From: Eledone cirrhosa
Lineage: Eukaryota
Direction: 5' to 3'
Assembly (NCBI GenBank): GCA_964016885.1
Contig: OZ024742.1
Coordinates: forward strand, 210,304,001 to 210,368,000
Length of the DNA: 64,000 nt
Part shown: positions 48,801-61,205 of the stretch, piece after piece
Layout: every line of letters begins with the position of its first letter
Numbering within the stretch: the first letter of the stretch is position 1
Notes under the pieces: model-generated
What the model saw: only the letters and a program-made list of their open reading frames with translations
The model's database searches: none
What the model was told of the DNA's origin: nothing
Translations under genes and position numbers: made by a program

Positions 48801-49811
48801 ATGTGTCTCTTGATGTTTCATCATATTATATTTATTAGTGAAAGATTTTTCACAGATATCACAAACAAATGGGCGAATCCCTTCATGGATTTTAAGATGA
48901 TTTTTTAAGCTAGCTTTGGATTTAAATTTCTTCAGACACAAATGACAAATAAATTGCTTCCGTGTGTCATGACGCTGAACATGTTTATTAAGACAACCTG
49001 CTGTTGTAAAACCTTTCCCACATAAAGAACAGATGTGATTTTTCTCGCCATTGTGAGTTTTAAGATGCTTAGTAAGGTCAGATTTAGTCTTACATTGCTG
49101 GGTACAACCTTGAAATGTGCATGGGAATCGTCGTACATCACTGTGTTTAAGTTTGTGGCACTTTAGTTCATAATTTGTCTTACAACAAAATTGACACTCA
49201 TCACATTTAATGGGCTTGTCATCATTATGTCGATACATATGATATTTGAGGTCTTGTAGACGTTTGAAACTGAATTCACATATTTGACATTGGTAAGGCC
49301 GTTCATTGGTATGCTTCAGAAGATGATGCCGTACATTACGGCGCCACTTTGTGGCAAAATCACAGTGGGGGCATTTATAGCGTTTCTCATCTGAATGTTT
49401 TGCACAGTGTCGAATAAGATCAGCACGATAATGACATTCATAATCACACTGACTGCACTTATGCTGCTTTTCTTTACTGTGAACAGAACGATGTTGATTT
49501 AGCTCTTCTTTATCTGTAGTGCTGAATTTACAGTATTGGCACCGGAAGATGTTGTTGAGGAAATCAGAGTAGTAGCTCAATGAATCTGCATTATCTTTTG
49601 AGGTGTTATTCCTCAAATTTTCACTGATATTATTGTTACTTTTTTCTTCTTCTTCACCATTTTCTTCATCTTCTTCTTCCTCCATCTTTATTGATGTTAA
49701 AATATAATCTTTTTTGATGGTTTCTTTCTGATGATTGTCATTTTCCATGACACTTCCATGTAACAGGGAAGTGTCATGATTATTTCTTTGTTCTCTATCA
49801 TTACCCAACAT
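45816..49811 (-). CDS. C2H2 zinc-finger protein, 11 tandem fingers followed by a long low-complexity tail (1331 aa, one large coding exon)
   Basis: Uninterrupted ORF with 11 C-x2/4-C...H-x3/4-H units from FRCQYC to YFCELC; splice acceptor ctttcatttcag immediately before the ATG. Confidence 0.93.
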   Translation of the reverse strand: MLGNDREQRNNHDTSLLHGSVMENDNHQKETIKKDYILTSIKMEEEEDEENGEEEEKSNNNISENLRNNTSKDNADSLSYYSDFLNNIFRCQYCKFSTTDKEELNQHRSVHSKEKQHKCSQCDYECHYRADLIRHCAKHSDEKRYKCPHCDFATKWRRNVRHHLLKHTNERPYQCQICEFSFKRLQDLKYHMYRHNDDKPIKCDECQFCCKTNYELKCHKLKHSDVRRFPCTFQGCTQQCKTKSDLTKHLKTHNGEKNHICSLCGKGFTTAGCLNKHVQRHDTRKQFICHLCLKKFKSKASLKNHLKIHEGIRPFVCDICEKSFTNKYNMMKHQETHGDNRPFRCPICPYGARSSDHLLAHIGSMHGHSYAYFCELCKKPFRRHGQLRIHLKRMHKGSKEASAAADFTHNSTSSLPISRSENTKTICDKLVTNSNENKKNLNSKKTNSLSCNITKHSSLSSIKIVEDTSANDIAKSEKTSNLDSKYPPSNEECNESKFDINNDGDGNQCVVINTTELKSNEKQTDDLKKNVEHFHLPLATKGFTFNFEKKGKKPRSWFMDPNYMPADAAEKQKAYLNRKAKLTKLKKSETKEKMKHKKLKTDDKHKQSVIIKKSGFNKTSKNKVKLAKNLNTKKRLRKNKSKSLKKSIPLTEGCKVKIESLRSDFEDDVYLENKLTTNNRSNEFIKNVTDQAYTSYQGVHPELSVQTKIKQEPTDDPGNVLNIEMPRSPVKTVLFETLLKSETGEFNSDLTESVLTESKIGEESVSSSLTTVDYCNDKSLSCNRFESSKELQITTDGITRVNPSLLSTSGVFKLENLSIRKTDSNKTMLIYTISQEIAETNQSSNSDLQISELFSSSNGPEETIIKQETLQSDNYSLINQINPSFSLNPNINFKMDKNEPFLLDQENLNSNIISPSQTLPPVSESNQNNHKNKETNNPISENVAGFEIVDAHTNNKYYIKPFPTANNEKSCSLANNLTNDFSIDGFYGKIDTVDGVQDGKLTLSPNFGLDTPKSSSTFDKHVHNNCDSLSNSVSSTSTMENLYSTESVISHEILPNHSSTSNSSMLSLQKLDCDDVILPVTVTEKEMGLSERDPFQFSSSLDFNQPKYHRFLQTDNSFQDISKCNDSNILKLPHINLSNKTEKDSDLVYSPTFHSSSILATEESNQPIRTSVNSMTFNSESNELSTKCPVLLSTLNSQILLNEPSKETLEKLNTTSTNNVLPKPPSDEAQAMYEYEMEFDEKSILRDNMNVSMFGSYSSEPQEKTNPFSVFSCVTAENNSLLEMTVNSDLNDNVGHKPVCNDVNLISAKPELDWDSEDNLTQNYILLNPSC

Positions 49812-49865
49812 CTGAAATGAAAGAGTAAAAAATCTATTTAAAATGTATATACTAAGAAATATATA

Positions 49866-52200
49866 TCATCATTATCATTTTACGTCCACTTTTCCCTGCT
49901 TGCAAGGGTGGGACGGGTCCTATTCAACACAGCATCTCTCCACTTGTCACAGTCCTTCGTCATCTCCTCCGTAGTCTTCCTTCTACTGGGATTTCTTGGC
50001 ACTTCTTTACCCAGTGGTCATCCTCCATCCGCATCGCATGTCCACACCATTGCAGTCTTCTCTCCCGCACACTACAATTTATCCTTCTCAGACACAGTTT
50101 CTCTCTCAACTAATCTATGCTTAGTTGTTCACGCACATTGACATTGCACATCCAATGGAGCATACTTGTTTCATTTCTCTCCAGCCGTCGCATATCCTCC
50201 ACAGTTGATGTCCATGTCTCACTACCATGCAGCATCGCACATCTCACACAGGCATCATATAACCGGCCTTTCGTTCGCAGGGAGAAACCCTTCTTCGTCA
50301 ACAGAGGAAGCATCTCCCTAAACTTCTTCCAACCTGTCCTTATTCTAGATACTATAGCCTCGGATTCCCCCCCCCCCCACTCCTTGCTAGTCTGATCGCC
50401 TAGGTACCAGAAGCTATCAACCACTTCTATAGATCCTACCTGCATTTGAAAAATGGGTCTATCAATGCGACTTCTACTGTCAAATTTCCCTGTACATCTA
50501 CTGCATATGTAGTTTTCTCTATCTGTTAGTTTGCCTGCTATCCCACTCTTGTGTACCCAAGATCTGCATTGTGTACATTTTATAGAATTTATGCCAGCTC
50601 CTTTTCTACATATTGAACATGGCCATTTCCCTGATGGAATCAGAGTTTTGTCCTCTTTTCTACTTATTAACACTTTTGTCTTAGCTAGTCCTCTTGATTC
50701 CAACTGCTGTTTCCATAGCCAGAATTTATTCTCTAGCTCTACTGATTCTGCTATAAGTACCAGATCGTCAGCATAGAGAAGTTCCCATGGGCAGCCAGTC
50801 TTAAACTCCTCTGTTATGGCTTGGAGGACTATAATGAACAAGAGCAGGCTGAGGACCAAACCCTGATCTAGAATTCCTCTCTAAACTCCATTCCTACTCT
50901 CACTTTACTGACAGCACCCCTGTACATAGCTTGCATTGTCCTCACAAGCCATTCCTCTACACCTAGTTTCCTTAGGGACAACCAGATGAAAGATCAAGGT
51001 ACCTTATCAAAAGCCTTCTCTGGGTCAACAAAAGCTAAGTGTAGTGGCTTATTCTTCTCTAAGAACCTCTCTTATAGTTGTCTCACTAAAAAGAGGGCAT
51101 CTGTTATACTTTTCCAAGTACAACAGATGCCCAACAAAACCAAACTGCATCCCATCTAATTTGACCCTTTCTCTAATTAGTTGCGCTAATATTCTTTCTG
51201 CCACTTTCGTAACCTGATCCATCAGTTCTATGCCCCTATAATAGCTCCTCTCCAGAGCATCCCCTTTACCTTTGTAGCAATTTATAAGAACACTGTTGCA
51301 CCAGTCTTTGGGTATGACTCCGCCATATATAGCTTGATTGATGATGCGTGCAACCAGTTTAGTTCCTACTTCTGATGCCTTCAGCATCTCAGCAACTATC
51401 CCCGAGGGTCCAGTGGCCTTACCACTTTTCATTTCCTTAATTGCCTCTTGGACCCTATAGTTGTCAATCTCAATAGCTGGTCCCTCTATCGGGTCTACTG
51501 GGGGTAGTTTCTCTCTCTCCCATTCATTCTCCACATTCATCAGTCTCTCATAATGACATTTCCAGGCCTCTTTTTCTGATCACAAATGACACTAAGTACA
51601 CCAGCATCATTTCGGACACACTTATCTCCAACAACATCCTGATTTACACTGACACACTACCTTGCAATGTGTCTCTGATCTTCCCGTCACAGAACATTGG
51701 CAAACCTCCTACTCTCAGCTTCCCTGTGTTCTAAGTACACCTGACATTTAGCTTCTCCTTTAGCGGCTGTGTATCGGTCTCTACTCCCACCATTTTCCCA
51801 AGCCTTCCATGCTAGTCTTTTGTCTTTAATGGCCCTATCTACCGTGCTGTTCCACCACCAGGTCACCCTCTGTCTGGTCGGAGCTTTGTTCCAGCCACAA
51901 GTTTCTTCAGTAGCCTGCAGTATATATATAGAGAGAAGGGGGGGGGGGGTTAATAGAAAAATTAGAAAAACAACTTCATTTCTCACTGAAATCCAAAGAT
52001 GTGTTCATGAGTTTATACCTCTCTCCAAATTGTTCATATCTTTTCACTCACAAGGGCTTTACATTTATACATAAAAAATACCTACTGTATGTCTCAGGAA
52101 AAAAGAAGACAGCTTCTTTGATCCGATCTCACAATAACTGTCAACTTCTCATGGAAAATACACATACTTCCATAGCTGAAACAGCATCTCCTTAAAAAAA
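49866..52200 (-). mobile_element. Degenerate RTE-clade LINE with a PHD-like insert, in the ZNF intron
   Basis: RT motifs (YKGKGDALE..YRGI, QFGF, LLYADDLVLIAES), PHD-like C-x2-C...C-x2-C..WVH...C-x2-C, and an (ATG)n tail at 49866-49880. Confidence 0.85.
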
Positions 52201-54459
52201 AATGCTGACCTCCTTAAATGTAAATATCCTACACTCGGAATATCGCTTACAAATTTACACTATATCTGAGAAAAAGCCATCCAACTGACAGACAAACCTT
52301 CACTCACTATACTCTTCTACAACCACTTGTTCAAATTTAAACAGGCTCTTTGTTACTGCTATTCCAATGGTCTCTTCGTCTCTGAACACTCTAATTAAGC
52401 CAGCTCAATTTCTTCTCCTTATCCCATCCCTGCTGCATGTCACTTCTCAAACTTCATACTAAAATACTTTCCTTAATTCTTTTTTTGCAGAACTTCATTC
52501 AAATAAAAACACCCGTCTTGCTGGTTACACTTTGTTAAAAGATAAAAGCACACTGAGCAGATAGTTGTCTCCAGTCACCAACAATTAAAATACAATATTT
52601 ACCTCAGTAAACCTCTCACAGTTACCCTGGTCCTATGACCTAAGAAATGGTCACAGACTATCACCAACCACTTCATAATAAATATAGATTAAATCCATAC
52701 TGAAAGTGGATTCAACAATAAAATAGATAAGGTTATTAGTAGCTCCAAATAGTAAATAATGGATTCTCTTCATATACAAGAGTCAAGTTTTATGATCTAA
52801 GTTAGTCATATTTTGTTGTTTTACAGCCATTTCCAATAATCACTCCCTCCTTCATCTCTCTCTCAGATTAGTCCCTCCTTTATCACTCATTATCATCCAT
52901 CAATCTCTCTCTCTCTCTCTCATCACCTTCTCACTTTCAATACACCTTCTTCTATCATCTTGTCTCCCTCCTATTCTGGTTTCATCTTCCATCAAATCTT
53001 CTTACCAACAACCATTAGGTAGTTGTCCATCATCAGCTCTTCAATCACGCTCTCCTCTAGCTTTTATCATTCTAATTCTCTTCTATTACACTTTCCCCTA
53101 TTACCCTTTCAATTTGTTTTCTATCTGCTAGAGAACAAGATGACCCACAGGTGCTGGCGAATAAATGACCAGAGATAATGAATGGTTATGAGAATTCTTT
53201 AGTCATGCCAGAGGCAAAACAATTTCTCTAGAAATAGTGTCACAACAAAATGCACCAAGTACACTCTGTAAAGTGTTTGGCAAATGGAGAGAGACAATAC
53301 AGAGTATGAAGGACTCTTAGGTCTTGTAGAGGGCATGATGTCTTCTTTAGTACTAGTGCCATGATAAAATTCACCCAATACTCTCTGTAAAGTACGTGGC
53401 AGTTCCTATCTGGTTACCTATAAAACCCTTTTCACCTACTGCTCCATAGACATTCAAAGTGGAGAAAATGCTTAAAGCTTCTCTTTTAATAGTGTGCACA
53501 CTAAGAGAAATGCAGTACTGAATGCACTCTTCAATCCATATTAGTAACAAGGATGCTATTTCAATAATTTTCTTACTTCAATTTCAAGAAGATAGTCTTG
53601 CAGTTGAAGATGAAACTATTTGTCCTTTCCTTTTATAATCATCAACTTGTCTCAAAATGGTTTAATTTGTTGTTTCATTCATTCCCCAAAAGACCCCAAA
53701 TTGGACTTTCATGTACTGCTTTCATATCTTTTAATTATCTTAAGTTTTTATTTTAAAGTAGAGAATTTTTTTGTTTTTCTTTTAAAGACAGACATTCCTA
53801 CTTTCATTCTTTCTCTTACTTATTGTTATCTAAGAGGTAAAAATATTTTTAACTTTAGAAAACTCAAAAGTATGTGATATGTGAAAGGGAAAAATAACAT
53901 GAACTTCTTTCACAGCTGCTGAAAGCTAATTGCTCAAGCAAGTGGTGTGTGTAACAAGTGTCAGTACACAACCTCTTCCTCTTTGGCTAATCTTGATGGA
54001 TGACTGACATTATGCTGTTCACTCACTCATAAATAGCAACCAGTTTCATTCAAAGAATTGTCTGGAATTGCTTGGATTGTGAAATTCACTCAATGTTAAA
54101 TAAAATCAGGTTGCAATTTATAAACCTTGTTAACTTGAAACAAAACTATGTTAAATGATCTCTCTCTCTCTCTCTCTCTGTTTATGATGGTCTTTCACAT
54201 AGTTTTTGTCAACCAAATTCATTTACAAAAGATTGGTTGGCCTGAGGCTGTAGTAAAAGACACTTGCTCAAAGTGCCATATTATGGGATTGAACCTGAAA
54301 TCACGTGATTACAAAGCAAACTTCTTCACTACAGAGGCACGTAAAAAATACTCAATGTTTACGAGTACATTTATTGATTCTGTATATGAATACACAGTAT
54401 GATAAATTTTTGTGTATTCATATACAGAATCTTTTCATATGCACCTTATTATTCAACTT

Positions 54460-55447
54460 GCTATTAATAATAATAATGAAATTATTGTGTACAGTGCTCA
54501 GGTGCACTACAACTCATCAAAGGTGCATGTGTAGTACATAGAATAATGTACAAATGTCAGGAAAGTGAACAGTGTATGAGTCATGATATACATGTGTGCG
54601 TGTGTATGGAGGGGGGATTTCAGGTTTACTGTTGGCCGATTTCAGGAAGCATGGAGGTGTAGCGAATAAGTCAGTTGTAACAGATAAGTGAATAGATGGA
54701 ATTGTTGGTATGATGGTTTCAATGCAAAGAATAATACCAGGATTGTGTTGTTACAAAGTTTATTTTATTACAACAATATTCAATTTGAATATTGAATGGC
54801 TCTTCGAGCCACGTAAATACAAGTATCACAGAATACAATTATAAGATAATTTGTATTGTATCTGAAGGATACAATGTGACAGAAATGGTACGTATAAAAA
54901 TGCAAGCAGTGTGAACTTACTGTGTGTGTGCGTATTAGTATACTTTCTTGATTTAGCAGTAGTAGTAATCACACAGCCAGGCATGTAAGAAATAGTGGAC
55001 AGACGTTTTTCGTGAAGGGAAATTTGATAGAGTAGGTGAAATGTCCGTTCTTGTCTGTGGTAACACTTTTTCTGCCAGGGCGTAAACAACCCCTGTATTT
55101 ATAACGGTTGAAGTTAGAAGGATAGATATATCCGCTGACCTTTGGTTAGAATCTCCCAAGGGGTTGGTCTGCCAGGCGTAAACAACTTAGAAGGATGGAT
55201 ATATCTGACCTCTTTTTTTGCTAGGCGTAAACAACATCTGACCTGTGTTTAGGGGTTAGTCTGCCGGGTGTAAACAACTTACCACGGCTTGTCCCAGAGG
55301 CAGGAAAGCTCAGATTCAATTTCGAATCTTCACCGCCGTTATAGAGGTTTTAAGGGATGCAGTATTTCAGCAGCTAACAACTGATGCAGGTAGTTTGTTC
55401 CATGCTTCAGCAACTCTTAGCTTGAAAAAATGTTTCCGAAAGTCATG
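54460..55447 (-). mobile_element. CR1 LINE 3' fragment split by the solo LTR
   Basis: HDFRKHFFKLRVAEAWNKLPASVV at 55360-55447 continues across the LTR into 54657-54600; (ATT)n tail near 54465. Confidence 0.7.
54658..55343 (-). mobile_element. Solo LTR, same family as 12591-13361
   Basis: Reverse-complement homology along its length; minus-strand termini TATAACGG...CTACA; 4-bp TSD GAGG (54654-54657 and 55344-55347). Confidence 0.85.
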
Positions 55448-55981
55448 TAACAACTAAATTCACATATTTCCCTTCAACGCAATTATATATCATCATCATC
55501 ATCATCATTTTACGACCATTTGTCCATGCTGGCATGGGTTGGACAGGTCATCACACAGCAAGTCAGTCCTTAATCAGAGCTACTGGCTTCCTAGATGACC
55601 AAGGGCTTTCTTGCTTACATACATTTCAAAGTGTACTAAGTATATTTTATCAACTAGAGAAGTTATCAGGTCGTTGAGTTGACCGAAAAGTCTTTACTCA
55701 ATACCGTTACTAATTGAATGTTAACCACCTCACGCAGAGTACTGGATGCATTTTACAGTGGCACCAACACTAAGGCCTTATTCTAAGACAAATTCAAGAG
55801 TGAAAATAGAAAATGGATCAAAATGTGATTGGATGGAACAGAATGGTGAGAAAGAGAGGAAATAATATAGAAGAGAGTGGAGGGATATAGCAATGATAAG
55901 AATAGTAATGGAGAATGATGATGGAAGAATCGAATCTGCATGAGCCAAATGTCACATCCTGCTACATGGTTGCAGCACAGA

Positions 55982-56017
<36 letters not shown>

Positions 56018-57878
56018 GCATAGGTGATACTGAAGCATATATATAGTATGCACTACAAATCCCAAACATCTGCCATGAGGACAAGCGGAAGTATATGTCC
56101 AGTGAAGCCTCCAGCCCACACTGTAAAGTGGTCGTGATGGCGACATGGCAAAAAGGTGCCCAGCACACACTGTAAAGTGGTCGTGTAGGTATTACGACAA
56201 AAAGCACCTAGTACACACTGTAAATGTGGTTAGCACTAGGAAGGTCATCCAGCTATAGAAACCAAGCTAAAATCGGTTCTGTATAAGCAAAACAGTCACC
56301 TGACCTGGCATTGCTCACAACAGGATAACTCGTCTCACCCATGTCAACTTGGAAACATGGACGTTAAACGGTGATGATGATGATGATATATATGTGTGTG
56401 TGTGTGTGTGTGTGGAGAGAGAGAGAGATCAGGATTATAACAGTTTTAAACTTGTAAGACCATTATTCAGCAGAGTACTAGATATTTGGGACAATAGAGT
56501 GTAAATATATTAGAGAGTCGGGCTCGATGGGTGAACGCTTGCCGTTTTGGCAGCAAATTCCTTATATATATATATATTAAAAGCATCGTTAGTATTATCA
56601 GGAAAATATTTCGAAAACAAATCTAAAATTAAACATCTTTGTTTACAAGCCATCGATCCGAAGGTGCAGAATTAAAAAAAAAAAAAAAGAAGAGATAAAC
56701 TTTCAGTTCAGTGACTTTACATCAGCCCATCTGCAAGCAAAATATTTCAATCATAGGAATGTGTAGGCTTTCACTTCATCGATACCAATATCTTTACTAA
56801 TAACTCATCCAACAGCTAATATTGATTTCTTACTTAGGTACAATGTCCAAAGATTTGTAGAGAATGGGATTAAGACTATGGTATGTCCATCTATTTCTTC
56901 AGTGAAAATGAAGCGAAATGTTACAACTTAAGGGTTGAAACCAGGTCACACTTAGCTCACAGGAGTGTTTAGCTTTTCACTTTAGGAGCTAATATTTAAA
57001 GCAACATTTTTAATATCACACAAACATGGCTATAGAACAGGGCTCCGTAATTTATTTGGAATATAACTGTGTTACATTGCGTTGTGTTAAGAATTTGTAT
57101 TGTGTTGTATATTTCAACTACATGATATTTGTGCCAAGTGCAAGTATGAAGACGTTTATGTAGGACGGGGAATGTATTTTGTCCCTCACCCTCAAAAAAA
57201 AAAAAAAATACCATTTTATGTACTCGTCGAAATTTTCAGCTGTGTACGCGCCTAGTCATACAACAAGCAAATAGAAACAACATTGCAGCTAGACCAGTAA
57301 ACAGAGTATCTTATTAGCACTAATGTACAACGATGGACTACGTATTTTAATTTGCATTCAGCCACTCATTAAAATAGAGAAAAAATGTTAACTATACTTG
57401 GAATGGAAACTGTTACAATTAAATTAGTTATTATTTTCGCTAAACTCTAACATATGTAAACCATAACAGCTGTATGTGCATAAATGATGGTAAATAACTC
57501 CTTAAAATTTAATTAAAATAAGCTATATTGCCCAACAATGTGGAATCTAAACATTGACACACTCGTGTGATTACAGTTAAAAACTGATTTTGAGACAAAA
57601 TTTATTTGGTTCAAGTTTTAAGCATCTTCCAAATATTTTAATTTAACTAACTTCTAAAAGTCACAACATCCGTGATCAAACCGATGTGAATAAACGTATG
57701 CATCCCAAGGCCAAGGTCTTGCAAGGTATTCTGAAGTTGTATTATGCTGTTGTTGTTATTGTAGCTACAATTGGTTTTAAACTAGTTATAAAGTTCTAAT
57801 TATTATAAACATTGTTCAGTGAATATTAATTATATCGCAGAAAGCTACTGAAATAAATAAATTAAATAATATACTTAC

Positions 57879-57950
57879 CATTAGTCTGAAGGTGGCCGGT
57901 TACGGTAACTGACGAACTAAAGAACGAGCCATTAATTATTCTTTAACAAC
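57879..57950 (-). other. Probable first exon of the ZNF gene, ending in ATG
   Basis: Perfect donor ATG|GTAAGT at 57879 in a CpG-enriched patch; phase 0, so it joins in frame to the acceptor at 49811. Confidence 0.55.
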
Positions 57951-58118
57951 ACTATGATTTAAAAGATCGAGTATATATAACGACTTTTATCCATTTTTAT
58001 TATATTTTCCTTGTATACAAAGATATGTTCGGTCTGGATTTTTTGTTTTTCTATTTATGTACAGTAATTATGAATACCAGATTCCGTGTAGTTTATAAAT
58101 TGCATATTTTGTTTTATT

Positions 58119-58136
58119 GACAGTAGATGGCAGTAG
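58119..58136 (+). promoter_or_regulatory. CTCF-like motif (GACAGTAGATGGCAGTAG)
   Basis: Resembles the CTCF core CAGTAGATGGC(G/A); lies just upstream of the putative ZNF first exon. Confidence 0.35.
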
Positions 58137-58199
58137 TTATCTAGCCAAGGGAGATAACTCTATATGACAGCTAACCTCTCTCAAGTAAGGGTACCCACG

Positions 58200-59040
58200 A
58201 CGTTGCCCCCTTTCTTTCTTTTTTTTTCACAAATGCGTAGACAATTCTGGAGTTTCTCAGCTAGTCTGCTCCTGGCTTCCTCAGATATTACAGCATTTCA
58301 GAACTCACCTGGTAGATCTCTCTGGAACAAATGTAATTTCCAGGGAGGTCTTGAGAATGCCCTTGTAGCATTTACATTGTCCACCTATCCAACGTTTTCC
58401 TCAGTGAACTCAGTATGGAAAAGACATTTCGGGACCAGTACGTCATCAGTTCTGATAATGTGACCGTGGCTGCTGAACAACACCACCCGATAGAGAACGT
58501 TGGTGTCTATGGTGTTGTCCTACTACAGTTGTGCAATATTTTGCATAAGCAGCTTTTGATAAAATCTATTACGCCTTTAGTGTGCCTACTGTAAACTGTC
58601 CACATCTCCCTAACACAAAACACAATTGGTGGAACAACAGTTCTGTATATGTTCAACTTGGTTTGGGGGCTGAAACCTTTTTTCTCCCTTATATTCTTGC
58701 AAAATCTATTAAAGGTGATGTTGGATTTGGCAATTCTGTTGTTGAATTCATTGCTGATGTGAACAATTCTTGAAAGTAATTATTGGCAAGGTATGTGAGC
58801 ATGCCAACTGGATACAGCAACTGTAACCTTGCCCTTATCCATAGTTGGACAGTCAGCGGTGAGGAATACGGTCCCGAGGATTAGGTCCGCAGAGTTGTCA
58901 TTCCTCAATACTGTGATCACCTCAAAGGTGTAGCCTGCATCAATTTCTGTAACCTCCAGCAAAGTGAGTTGCATCCAAGCTGTATACCATATCTTAAGAG
59001 CTCTTTAACAGCCAAGGCTCTTCTCTCAGGTTTCTCCATT
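58200..59040 (-). mobile_element. Highly degenerate RTE-BovB fragment
   Basis: Remnant WTVYSRH...RNRFYQK.L across frameshifts. Confidence 0.45.
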
Positions 59041-60499
59041 TTGCTGATATCAATGAGTATCTGCACATATCAATGGTGATAGGTGTTATTAGAGTTTAAC
59101 TTTGGAGTATCTACCAGCTGTAGTGAGCTGATCAGAGTAAAAGAAGAGTGAATATTTCGAGCACCTTTTCTAGTAACTTCTTTCGGTAAAGGAGACATGG
59201 TAGTACTATTTTATCGCTGTGGCGTAAGTTGGTCATGCTAGGTCAGTCGCCAGACCTATAGGGTTGGTGACGTATGAATACAAATGACCATTTCCAACCA
59301 GCAGTAGAACGCGCCTTTTGCAAAACTAGCTAGTAGTTGCATTTTGGACGCTGGTAGTGCAACAGCTCTTAACTAGCTTTCCCACTTTTTGATTTTTCTC
59401 TCTAATATTGAGTAGTTCGTTAGACGGCCTTTCAGGGATATGCGATTTATCCGTCACCTTTGTTTTACCAAATATTCCAATCCCTTACGAATGCAACATT
59501 ACTATCCTTCTTACAACCAACTTTGGTAGTGACAGTAATTAAGGATAAATTAGTACCTGTCTCACTACATTTTTAGCCTACAAAAAAAAAAAAATTATTT
59601 TTGTATAAAAACTATGCCTTCTGATCTATACTTTTTGAACCATTGGAACACTTCTTCTGCATCTTCATCTTCCTAAAGTGGCAATCTTGCCTACTAAACT
59701 AAGTCCTAATAAAGAAGAACAATATTACCTGAACTACCCCTATACAGATTTACAGCAATAGGTTCCAGTGATCCTTACCAGCTGCCCCATCGTCACGGGA
59801 CCTGAGTTTATGCAAGTTTGAAGTGTATGACTTGCACAACACCAGCTTCACTCTTTCACCCAACTCTATTTTAATCCAGAGGCAAGACAAGGTGGACAAC
59901 TGGGACTTCTAAAATGTCTCATCATTCCACAATGCTTGCTGTGGCCACCTTTTTTACTGTTGGACCCACTATTAGTCTCATCCATTCAATCCAGAATCAA
60001 TATTTACATGCAAGAGTAGACACATCTTGATGCATTTTCTGACATCAATTGATTGTGGTAATATTGGTTTACTTAAATAAGTTTATGTGAAGGCTAATGG
60101 TTTAGTGGTTACAGAATTGAATGTGCAATAGTGAGGGTGCGAGTTTGATTCCCAGGCCAGGCGATGAGTTATGACCTTGAGCAAGACATTTTATTTCACG
60201 TTGCTCTTTCTGTCAGGAGTTGTGACCAGTAGATAATATCAGCACTGGAAACATCGTTTCTTGGGTCCAATTTGATGAATTCTACTCTACTTAGTAAGTG
60301 AATGAAGTCTGGGATCTTGTCGATTGATTGAAATAAGTTTATACTCAATTTTGCTACCCAGTTTATACAGTGATGTTCACATGATCATGTCACAGAAGAA
60401 TAAAGTATTTATCATTCACTAATAAAAGTAAAGGTGCTTTCTTATGTGAACATGTATTTATTACACAATGGAGCTGTTATTCTTGACCATAAAGTTTAA

Positions 60500-60760
60500 C
60501 TAAATATCATACATGTGTAGAGAAACTATAGGCAATTTTGCATGCTGAGGAAAATGGGAACTGGGCAGCTGATAATCATTTTGGATGTTCTGAGTCTAAT
60601 ATCTGACTCTGGTGAAAAACAAGTCTACAATTCAATCCATGCCAAAGTCAAAGAAGGCAGACCAAACTTGAAAGAGCTGATTGAGTGGATGAAGAAATGC
60701 AGAATGGCCAACGGAGTCAGTACAACTGACATATCTGAAAGTGATGGAAATTGCAACAAG
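60500..60760 (+). mobile_element. pogo/Tc2-type transposase N-terminal (HTH) remnant
   Basis: AILHAEENGNWAADNHFGCSESNI*LW*K followed by PNLKELIEWMKKCRMANGVSTTDI resembles the BrkDBD plus CENP-B HTH of pogo transposases. Confidence 0.6.
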
Positions 60761-60769
60761 AGTACCAGA

Positions 60770-61205
60770 CATCATCACCACCATTTAATGTCTATTTTCA
60801 GTACGTGCATGGGTTAGATGGGTGGTCATGTTATGAGGTGACATCTTGTTCATCCAATTCAATTTTAGCTATGGTTGGATGCCCTTCTTAACACCAACCA
60901 CATTACAGCAGGGTGAATTGGATGCTTTTTCTCATGGCACCAGCACTACCACCTTACAGGCGGGACTGGGTGCTTTTTGACATGACACCAGCACTACCTT
61001 GTTACAAAGTGGACTAGGACTAGGTGCTTTTTATTATGGCACCAGCACTACCACTTTACAGGGTAGACTAGGTGCTTTTTGTTATGGCACCAGCACAACC
61101 ACCTTATAGGGTGGACTAGGTGTCTTTTTGTTATGGCACCAGCACAACCTTATAGGGGGGACTGGATGCTTTTTGTCATGGTACCAGTATAACCCTTTAC
61201 AAGGT
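60770..61205 (-). repeat. RTE-tail SINE carrying a ~45-bp internal tandem array (about 6 copies)
   Basis: Repeated GGCACCAGCACTACCACTTTACAGGGTAGACTAGGTGCTTTTTGTTAT units. Confidence 0.8.
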
